Positions 54,198 through 61,719 of a stretch of DNA of 64,000 nt are shown here, one piece after another (the stretch's first letter is position 1; each line of letters opens with the position of its first letter). The position numbers were made by a program, and so were the translations under genes. The notes beneath the pieces were generated by a model. That model did no database searches. It was not told the origin of the DNA and worked only from the letters and a program-made list of their open reading frames with translations. Source of the DNA: Candidatus Caldarchaeum sp. (GTDB lineage Archaea > Thermoproteota > Nitrososphaeria_A > Caldarchaeales > Caldarchaeaceae); contig JAVZZH010000001.1 of assembly GCA_038885755.1 (NCBI GenBank), positions 519,413 to 583,412 of the forward strand. The letters are read 5' to 3'.

Positions 54198-54661
54198 TCG
54201 TCGAGTTCGTTCTGAACGGCAGGAAGGTTAGCGTCGAAGTTGCGGGTAGAGACCGGTTGATGGATGCTCTATGGAAGCTCGGGATGAGGAGCGTCAAGGA
54301 GGGGTGTGGAGTGGGAGACTGTGGGTCATGCAACGTCTTGGTCGACGGCAGGCTTGTGAACTCATGCCTGATGCTGGCGGTCCAGGCCCGTGGAAAGAAT
54401 GTCTTGACGACTGAGGGGCTGGCTGAGGATGACAAGCTTCATCCGATTCAGGAATACCTGCTCGAGTACACCGCCTCCCAGTGTGGCTACTGCATCCCGG
54501 GAATAGTGATGACAGCCAAGTACATATCAGACAACTATCCCAGCATCTCCGAGGAATTGCTGCGACGCATCCTTATAGCCAACATCTGCCGGTGCGGTGG
54601 ATACACGAGAATCGTCAAAGCAGTCGAGGCAGCTATCAAAAGTTCACGGACACGAGCCTAG
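54188..54661 (+). CDS. Molybdo-hydroxylase [2Fe-2S] small subunit (CoxS/XdhC-like)
   Basis: Two 2Fe-2S cysteine clusters (GCGVGDCGSC, CGYCIPG...CRCG). Confidence 0.85.
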   Translation: MGVIVEFVLNGRKVSVEVAGRDRLMDALWKLGMRSVKEGCGVGDCGSCNVLVDGRLVNSCLMLAVQARGKNVLTTEGLAEDDKLHPIQEYLLEYTASQCGYCIPGIVMTAKYISDNYPSISEELLRRILIANICRCGGYTRIVKAVEAAIKSSRTRA

Positions 54662-56849
54662 CCCGCGCCAGACCCTCAACGACTTTCTCAGGCGTTATCG
54701 GCAGGGACTTCACCCTGATTCTCAAGGCGTCGAACAAAGCGTTCGCGATTGCTGGTGCGGGGCCGTTTATGCTGGGCTCTCCGGCCGTCCTCGTACCGAG
54801 CGGGTTCATCTCGCTGGGGTTCTCCAAAACCTCTATCTCAACCGGAGGCAAGTCGGCCGACGTGGGCACCAAGTAGTCAGCTAGGTTTGCATTCAGGATT
54901 TTATGCTTCTTGCCCACCACGAGGGATTCTAGAAGGCCGTAGGCAACTCCCTGAGTAAGCCCTCCCTCCAGCTGGGCCAGCAGAAACCCTCTGTTCACGA
55001 CCTTGCCCACGTCGAACACGGCTACGAGTTTTTCGAGTTTCACAACGCCCAGCTCGGTGTCTACCCTGACCTTGACTCCTACGACGCCGTATGTATACTG
55101 CAGGTAGGGTGTTCCCTTTCCCGTCTCGGGGCTGTAGTCGCATTCAGGCAGCTTGAATTCGGCGTACTCCTTCACCTCCTCCTTCAGAGACTTGACAAAC
55201 TCTACAACGTTGAAACCCTTCCTGCCGACACCGGCAGCCTCGGTGTACATCTTCTCAAGCCTCTCTCTCAGCTTCAGGGACGCAAGTCTCACAGCGTTCC
55301 CGCCCATCAGAGTAGTTCTCGAAGCGAAAGTCCCTCCAGAGTCGGGAACTCGATGGGTCTCAACCCTCTCAACCAACACCCTCTCAACCGGAACTCCCAA
55401 AGCCTCTGCCGCTATCTTGGCCAACCCTCTCGAAGAACCGGTGCCGTACTCGGTGAGCGAGGTTTTGACGTGGACGTAGCCGTCGGGAGATATGCTTACC
55501 TCGGCGGACGATTTGTCCTCGCCCTCGGGGCCTAGGCTGTTTCCGTGCAGGACGAAAGCCACGCCGTATCCTTCCCCGAACTGCTTGTTTCTTCGGTTCC
55601 TCCAGCCTAGAAGGTCGGCGGCTCTTTCAGCCAGCTTATCGTACACGGGGTTGTCCATCAGAACCGTGTCGGTCAGCGTTCTGCATCCCTTTCTCCAGAC
55701 GTTTTTCAGCCGGAGCTCAATCGGGTCCATGCCAAGCTCGTTGGCTAAAACGTCCATCATCGACTCGACTGCGAAGTGAACTTGGGGGCATCCGAAACCC
55801 CTCATGGAGCCTGCCATGAGGTTGTTCGTGTAAACTAGGTAGGAGTCGACTCGGACGTTCTCAAACACGTAGGGTCCCGACGAGTGCGTTATTCCCCTCA
55901 GCATAACCAGAGGCCCGACGGATGCGTAAGCACCTGTGTCGAAGAATATGTCGGCGTCTAGAGCCTTCAAGACACCGTCGTGCGAAGCACCTACTTTGTA
56001 TCGCATTACGGCTGGATGCCTGTGGGAGTGGGCGATCATAGATTCGTCTCTGCTGTAGATGCATGCACACGGCCTTCCCGTCTTGAGAGCGGCCAATCCA
56101 GCCATGGCGCAGACATCCCATGGAGCCTCGTCGGACTTTCCACCGAAAGTCCCCCCCATAGCCATCGCAACCAGCCTTATCCTCTCCCTCGGAAGACCCA
56201 AGATCTTCGAAACTCCGCCGAGGACGTAGTATGGGTTTTGAATGCTTCCGTAGATCGTTAAACATCCATCAGCGTCGGGGACGGCGTAAGCCGCCTCAGG
56301 CTCTATCGGAGCAGGATCCTGCATCTGAGTCCTGAACTCATCCTGAACGACGACGTCCGACTGGCTGAAACCGAGGCTGACGTCGCCCTTTCTCACGATA
56401 TATTTTTTTAACAAGTTTCCGCCGTCGTGAACCTTCGGAGCGCTGGGCTCCAGCGCAGCAACAGGGTCGTACACAGGCTCAAGCACTTCGTATTCGACGT
56501 CTACTTCCTCAACGCCCCTGTCTGCAGCCTCCTCGTCCACGGCAACGACGAGCGCTACAGGGTCTGCGAGACACCTGACTTTGTCCGAGGCCAAGAAAGG
56601 CCTGTCGGGGACCACGGTACCAACTACGTTCTGTCCCGGAACATCCTTCGCCGTGAGAACCTCTACAACGCCAGCCACCTTGAGAGCTGCAGACACATCA
56701 ACCCGTTTTATCAAGGCGTGAGGGTGTTCCGACCTCAACGCCTTGACACGCAGAACGTTCTCTGGAACTATGTCAGCCGTGTAAATGGGCTTACCACGAA
56801 CAGCGTCAACAGGGTCGTGCATCCTTGAACGAGTCAACACGATTAACAC
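54636..56849 (-). CDS. Molybdo-hydroxylase molybdopterin-binding large subunit (xanthine dehydrogenase / aldehyde oxidase / CO-DH family)
   Basis: 737 aa with Ald_Xan_dh_C-type motifs (GGTFGGK, ...E...). Convergent with the S/M subunit genes, 3' ends overlapping by 26 nt. Confidence 0.8.
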   Translation of the reverse strand: MLIVLTRSRMHDPVDAVRGKPIYTADIVPENVLRVKALRSEHPHALIKRVDVSAALKVAGVVEVLTAKDVPGQNVVGTVVPDRPFLASDKVRCLADPVALVVAVDEEAADRGVEEVDVEYEVLEPVYDPVAALEPSAPKVHDGGNLLKKYIVRKGDVSLGFSQSDVVVQDEFRTQMQDPAPIEPEAAYAVPDADGCLTIYGSIQNPYYVLGGVSKILGLPRERIRLVAMAMGGTFGGKSDEAPWDVCAMAGLAALKTGRPCACIYSRDESMIAHSHRHPAVMRYKVGASHDGVLKALDADIFFDTGAYASVGPLVMLRGITHSSGPYVFENVRVDSYLVYTNNLMAGSMRGFGCPQVHFAVESMMDVLANELGMDPIELRLKNVWRKGCRTLTDTVLMDNPVYDKLAERAADLLGWRNRRNKQFGEGYGVAFVLHGNSLGPEGEDKSSAEVSISPDGYVHVKTSLTEYGTGSSRGLAKIAAEALGVPVERVLVERVETHRVPDSGGTFASRTTLMGGNAVRLASLKLRERLEKMYTEAAGVGRKGFNVVEFVKSLKEEVKEYAEFKLPECDYSPETGKGTPYLQYTYGVVGVKVRVDTELGVVKLEKLVAVFDVGKVVNRGFLLAQLEGGLTQGVAYGLLESLVVGKKHKILNANLADYLVPTSADLPPVEIEVLENPSEMNPLGTRTAGEPSINGPAPAIANALFDALRIRVKSLPITPEKVVEGLARARLVSVNF

Positions 56850-57015
56850 CTAAGCCTCGCCACTTATATTTTTGCCTCTACTGTTCGTGTTAACACTAAC
56901 AAAAGCTCCACGCAACTCCTATAAACCACCTCTCCTTCCATACTCTGGTTTGTCGAGTAAACCAGACATAACTGCGTCGCTCATACTTGTCGACCTCCTC
57001 AAGACTCTTAAAACC

Positions 57016-57654
57016 ATGATGGACTACAAAACCCTGTCGAAGCATACTGGAATACCTGTCTCAACACTGACTAGGTATGTCACTAACAAGACTCTTCCGA
57101 GGGGGAGGAAGATACCTGAGACTGTTGACAAGCTTTTGGAGCTGGTGAACATCGAGTCGTTCGTCCAGCAGCGCTTGGTCACTAACGGGGACGAGGTCGA
57201 TGTTTCACAGGTCGTTGCTGAGAGCCAGCTCATCAAGCTCATCGTACCTTACATGTACAGGGAGTTCATGGGGACGAAAATAGACTCTGTGCTCGCAGTG
57301 GACAAGGCAGGCCTTGTCGTAGCCACTGCTTTCGGCCTTGCGACGATGAAGAAAACTTTCTACTGTGTGGGGAGCGAGACAGGGTTTCCCAATCGCTGGA
57401 AGGAGGTGAAGTACCGAGTGAGGGAGGCGAGGATTTGGTCTAAGGTCTACGTGCCCAGCACGGTTCTGAGAGACAACGTGCTTCTAACCATGGGTGTTTT
57501 GGACGACATCCTGCTTCTCAAGGAGCTCAGGAACAGGGTTGTGGAGTCTAGGGGCGAGATCACGGGAGTCTTCTCGATAGCTGCTAGCAGGGATCTCATG
57601 AAAAACCTCAAACCTTATCAGCTGGGGAAAGTGGTTAACCTAGTAAGCTTCTAA
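57016..57654 (+). CDS. Putative HTH-domain regulator with PRTase-like C-terminal domain
   Basis: Start taken at MMDYKTLSKHTGIPVSTLTRYV (HTH); the C-terminal region is weakly PRTase-like. Family uncertain. Confidence 0.3.
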   Translation: MMDYKTLSKHTGIPVSTLTRYVTNKTLPRGRKIPETVDKLLELVNIESFVQQRLVTNGDEVDVSQVVAESQLIKLIVPYMYREFMGTKIDSVLAVDKAGLVVATAFGLATMKKTFYCVGSETGFPNRWKEVKYRVREARIWSKVYVPSTVLRDNVLLTMGVLDDILLLKELRNRVVESRGEITGVFSIAASRDLMKNLKPYQLGKVVNLVSF

Positions 57655-57992
57655 GCATACTCCCTCCACGTGTGGCCGCATCTGACACATCTGAAGAACT
57701 GCGTCATAGGTTCGTCGGCTGACCTAGTCTGTATCGTCCACCACTTCGCCTCGTTATGCCCACACTGAGGACACACGACGTCAAGCGTCGTCGGAAGAGG
57801 CGAGTTGGAGGGCTCGACGAGGACTACCGAGTCTCTGGACTGTGGACTGGATTTGGTCTGCTTGAAGAGAACCTTCTCCTCAGCCGAATGTTTTTTGTAG
57901 CCGCATTTCCTGCACACCAGCGAGAGCTTACCATCTACCTTCGAGGGCGTTAATGCTTTACCGCAGTTCGGACAGAACTCCAACCCCATCAC
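57651..57992 (-). CDS. tfs: Transcription factor S (TFS; RpoM/TFIIS C-terminal homolog)
   Basis: N-terminal zinc ribbon (CPNCG...CRKCG) and C-terminal ribbon (CPQCG...RSADEP...CVRCG). Confidence 0.85.
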   Translation of the reverse strand: MMGLEFCPNCGKALTPSKVDGKLSLVCRKCGYKKHSAEEKVLFKQTKSSPQSRDSVVLVEPSNSPLPTTLDVVCPQCGHNEAKWWTIQTRSADEPMTQFFRCVRCGHTWREYA

Positions 57993-58267
57993 CTCAGCTC
58001 CAAAGCCTGTTTCTCAAGCTCCGCAATCAAATCCTTCAATTCCTTCAAAGCCTCCATCACAGCTTTCCGAGGCGTCGTCTTCCTCGGGTCAACCTTGACG
58101 GAGACGCTTACAACCCCCGTCAACGGATGCTCAACCCTGTAGCCGGCGTACTGGACACCGTCGAGGCCGTTCAGCCTCTCGGTAAGCATGCCTAGAAACG
58201 ACTGGTCCTCCCCCACCACCTCGAACAACATAAAGTCGTCAGCCTCCTCCAGAACCCTTATCTTCAC
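57989..58267 (-). CDS. rpoL: DNA-directed RNA polymerase subunit L (Rpb11 homolog)
   Basis: GTG start overlapping the csl4 stop (GTGA). VKIRVLEEADDFMLFEVVGEDQSFLGMLTERL...YAGYRVEHPL matches the RpoL fold pattern. Confidence 0.75.
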   Translation of the reverse strand: MKIRVLEEADDFMLFEVVGEDQSFLGMLTERLNGLDGVQYAGYRVEHPLTGVVSVSVKVDPRKTTPRKAVMEALKELKDLIAELEKQALELR

Positions 58268-58836
58268 CAAGCCGTCGACACCAGCTCCCTCAAAAACTGA
58301 TTGTTGCCGTATTTTAGGACTGTTTTCCTCCTCTCCTTCGAGCCACAGTTGCCGCAGACAAGCAGCTGGTCCTTTTTTTCCAGAGGCCTGCGGCAGACGC
58401 TGCAGAACGCCAGCACGACGCCGCATCCAGGCTTGTATATGTCGAACGTGATAAGACCCCGGTATATGCTGGCCACCTCTAGAACAGCTATGTCTCCTAT
58501 GCCGACGACGTCATCCATCTGCTCGTTTCTCCTGCCGAGAAGAACGCCCGTTCTTCGGTGCTTGAGAGGTTTGTCAGGCAGCTTGACGAAAGCCCTCGCT
58601 ACAGCTATCTTCTCCTGAACGTCTTTCACCTCTGCCACAACCCTGTCCCTCGCCCGGAGCTCCTGCTTCTCCTTGATGTTTAAAACGTTTACGTGTCGTT
58701 TGTTCATGTCGTAGGAGACCTTCCCGACGTAGACGGATTTGACGATACCGCTGGAGTTGACGACCACGCCTTCGCCGGGCAGAAACTCCTCAATTACGCA
58801 GACAGGTTCTCCGGGCACAACCAAGGTCTTCCTCAT
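58264..58836 (-). CDS. csl4: Exosome subunit Csl4
   Basis: S1 domain plus C-terminal zinc ribbon (CSVCRRP...CGNCG); conserved dph2-csl4-rpoL neighbourhood. Confidence 0.75.
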   Translation of the reverse strand: MRKTLVVPGEPVCVIEEFLPGEGVVVNSSGIVKSVYVGKVSYDMNKRHVNVLNIKEKQELRARDRVVAEVKDVQEKIAVARAFVKLPDKPLKHRRTGVLLGRRNEQMDDVVGIGDIAVLEVASIYRGLITFDIYKPGCGVVLAFCSVCRRPLEKKDQLLVCGNCGSKERRKTVLKYGNNQFLRELVSTAW

Positions 58837-59912
58837 GATTCAACCTCCCTGAGCCGGCTCCAAAATCTCCGGGACGACTCCCTGTCAGACCATCCCCAAG
58901 GATACATCAACAACCCCTTGTCAACCACCTCATCCCATTCTAGAAGACCCAAAGCCACCAAGGACTCGGCTGGAAGGAGGAGTGGTTTGGAGAACTGGGT
59001 CTGGTCCTCGATGCTGAGACGTGGACAAGCGGTGTTTACGAAGGCCTCGAACTTATTCTCCAGCATTGTTGCCGGAGTGATTTCATCGCCAGTCAGCAAG
59101 TATGACTGTTTCCCGTGCCTGCGTAGAACCTTGTTTATTCTCAAGGCTAGGCCATGCCTTTTCTGGCCGGGCTTCACGCTGACCAGCACCCCAACACGGC
59201 TTGCTTTCCTGAAAGACTCGACCTGCGCGTATCTCTGTCTTAGAATCCTATCCCTCATGCTACTGAGGTCGACGACCTTCTGCGTGTGTGGGTCTGCTGC
59301 GAAAACGGGTTTGCTGGTAAGCAGAGCCACTCCCAGCCCGTGGAAAACGCTCCCAACCACCAAGTAGGCGTCGACGCTGCTCTCTATCTTTTTCATCCCT
59401 GTGGCATCGCAGCCGAGCACTTGAGCCTCGTAGACTGAGTACATCTCAGGCTGGGCAGTCAAGACTTTGATTCCATCCCTCTCCAGAAGGTCGATGACGA
59501 TGTTGAGTTGGTCAAGCCACTGAACGCTTGCCCCGAGACCAACAACCCGGAAGCCGTGGAGAGCGCCGGTCATCTGCCCAGCCAAGCCACGCAAGGGAGC
59601 GTCGTCGGAGTACCTACATTCGACGTAGATTGTCGGAACCTTGTCTTTCCTCAGGAACCGGCTGTGGCCGAGGTGCACTATGGCGTCGACGTCCAGGGAC
59701 GAGGCCTCGTCGTAAGCTACGTCGCATCCACCCCAGCAGTTAGAGCTGGAGTGGTAAACCTCGTAGCCCTCGGAGGCGATCCTCTCGCCCAGCCAGAAAG
59801 CCAGCTTTCTCAACCCCAGAGGCGATTGAACCAATACCCTGGAAGCAGAAACGTCTCTCAGCCATCTGAGGACGTGGTCGAGGTCAACCCTGCATCCGTC
59901 AACTACTCGCAT
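58833..59912 (-). CDS. dph2: Diphthamide biosynthesis enzyme Dph2 (2-(3-amino-3-carboxypropyl)histidine synthase)
   Basis: ~359 aa with Cys residues spread across three domains, as in archaeal Dph2. Confidence 0.7.
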   Translation of the reverse strand: MRVVDGCRVDLDHVLRWLRDVSASRVLVQSPLGLRKLAFWLGERIASEGYEVYHSSSNCWGGCDVAYDEASSLDVDAIVHLGHSRFLRKDKVPTIYVECRYSDDAPLRGLAGQMTGALHGFRVVGLGASVQWLDQLNIVIDLLERDGIKVLTAQPEMYSVYEAQVLGCDATGMKKIESSVDAYLVVGSVFHGLGVALLTSKPVFAADPHTQKVVDLSSMRDRILRQRYAQVESFRKASRVGVLVSVKPGQKRHGLALRINKVLRRHGKQSYLLTGDEITPATMLENKFEAFVNTACPRLSIEDQTQFSKPLLLPAESLVALGLLEWDEVVDKGLLMYPWGWSDRESSRRFWSRLREVES

Positions 59913-59976
59913 TCCTAGGCTTAGCGTCCTGCATCCAGTTAATAAATGGATAACCTTTTTTGATAGGCGTTTTGAG

Positions 59977-61260
59977 GTGAAAAGTAAGATGGCCGACTAT
60001 GATGTTTTGGTTGTCGGCGGCGGTATCCTAGGGCTCGCCTCAGCTTACTACGTCAAGCACAACAACAGGAGGCTTTCTGTCGGGTTGGTTGAGAAGGACA
60101 GGGATGTGGGGCAGGGCAACACGGCCAAAAGCGTCGGAGGATACCGTCAGGGCATCTTCACCTCTAAGGTGAACCAGGTGTTGTCCGAGACATCGATAGG
60201 GGTTTTCAGGGAGATTGAGAGGTCTGGAGAGGCTAAGCTCAACATGAGGGAGGTTGGGTATCTGATACTGATGAGCAGGAGTAGAATGAGAAAGTTGGAG
60301 GGCGTAGTGGAGCAGTTTGTGAAATCAGGCAGGGCTGAGCTGCTCAACCAAGCCATGCTGAGGGAATACTTCGGCCTCCAAACATCGTTCGCCGGAGACG
60401 AGGAGGCGGCTTTGATGGGGCTTGAGGAGATAGTTTCAGGCCTCTACGCCCCCTACTGCGGCATGCTCGACGTTGAGAAGCTGGTCGAGGCCTATAAAAG
60501 AAGATGTCTGAACGATGGCGTCGAGATAATTCCGAACAAAAAAGTTGACAGGATCGTGCTCGAGCCCGAGACTCCGCTGGGAATTCCTAACGAGCCGAGG
60601 GCCTGGCAGAAGACGCGGGTAGCCGGGGTGAGGATGGGGGAAGATGTTTTGAGAGGTGAGAGGTTTGTAGTAGCCGCGGGCAGCTGGACTCCCGAGCTTC
60701 TCGACCCGATAGGGGTGGATTGCTTCGTAAAGCCCAAGAAGAGACAGCTGTACGCCGTGAAGGCCTCGGGCGGCTTGGAGCAGCTTCTTCAAACCAAATG
60801 GGCGGGGGAAAGGCCTCTGCCTTTCATGTTCTTCCCCAACGGATTGTACGTAGTTCCACGGGTTGATGAAAAATCTTTCTGGGTCAGCTTGACAGATGAC
60901 ATAGGAAGGCCTTTCGGACACGACTACGAGCCGGAGCCGAATTTCTACTACGAAATCATCCATCCTGTTCTGCAGAAGTATCTACCCCCATTCTCGAACG
61001 CAAGGCCCTACAACATGTGGGCTGGATGCTACTCGATGAACAACCTCGACGGAAACCCTCTAGTCTTCAAGTTTCTCAACTGCGTGGTGGCAACAGGTGC
61101 CAGCGGCAGCGGGGTGATGAAGTCGGACGCCGTCGGAAGAATAGCCGAGGCTGTGCTTTTCGACAGACCGTACGCGGAGCTGCACGGGGGAGTCAAGTTC
61201 GACGTCTCGATAATCGGCGTTGAGAACAGGCGCGTCGACAAAGAGTATTTCATCCTCTAG
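59977..61260 (+). CDS. FAD-dependent oxidoreductase (DAO family; glycine/D-amino-acid/sarcosine oxidase-like)
   Basis: N-terminal DVLVVGGGILGLASAY dinucleotide-binding motif. TATA (AGTTAATAAATGG) ~30 bp upstream. Confidence 0.7.
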   Translation: MKSKMADYDVLVVGGGILGLASAYYVKHNNRRLSVGLVEKDRDVGQGNTAKSVGGYRQGIFTSKVNQVLSETSIGVFREIERSGEAKLNMREVGYLILMSRSRMRKLEGVVEQFVKSGRAELLNQAMLREYFGLQTSFAGDEEAALMGLEEIVSGLYAPYCGMLDVEKLVEAYKRRCLNDGVEIIPNKKVDRIVLEPETPLGIPNEPRAWQKTRVAGVRMGEDVLRGERFVVAAGSWTPELLDPIGVDCFVKPKKRQLYAVKASGGLEQLLQTKWAGERPLPFMFFPNGLYVVPRVDEKSFWVSLTDDIGRPFGHDYEPEPNFYYEIIHPVLQKYLPPFSNARPYNMWAGCYSMNNLDGNPLVFKFLNCVVATGASGSGVMKSDAVGRIAEAVLFDRPYAELHGGVKFDVSIIGVENRRVDKEYFIL

Positions 61261-61719
61261 GTGGGCTTGTTGAGGGTGTGGTATTTCGCGTATGGCTCAA
61301 ACTTAGACCAGGAGGGGATGAGGAGGAGGGTTGGAGGCTGGCACGACCTCAAGCCAGCCAAGCTCAAAGGGTTTAAGCTGGTTTTCGACATCTACTCCAG
61401 CTCTTGGAGAGGCGGCGTCGCGGACGTTGTCGAGGATGAGTCTGGCATCGTATACGGTGCAGCCTACCTTCTGGACGAGGAGCAGCTGGAGAAGCTCGAC
61501 AGATACGAGGGTGTTCCACATCTCTACCACAGGCGTAAAGTAGTGATAGAGGTCGAGGGCGCGCAGGTTGAAGCCTTCATATACGTGGGCAGCAGCCCGC
61601 GGCCATCCGTCAAGCCTTCGGCAGAATACGTCGCCCTCATGGTTAAGGGGCTGAAGAGAATAGGGCACGGTGATGAAGCTTTAAAGGCTGTACGGGAGGC
61701 AGCTGAGTCCAGACCGTGA
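61261..61719 (+). CDS. Gamma-glutamyl cyclotransferase-like (AIG2/GGCT fold) protein
   Basis: GTG start immediately after the upstream stop. YFAYGSNL motif plus a conserved Glu-containing strand. Confidence 0.75.
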   Translation: MGLLRVWYFAYGSNLDQEGMRRRVGGWHDLKPAKLKGFKLVFDIYSSSWRGGVADVVEDESGIVYGAAYLLDEEQLEKLDRYEGVPHLYHRRKVVIEVEGAQVEAFIYVGSSPRPSVKPSAEYVALMVKGLKRIGHGDEALKAVREAAESRP

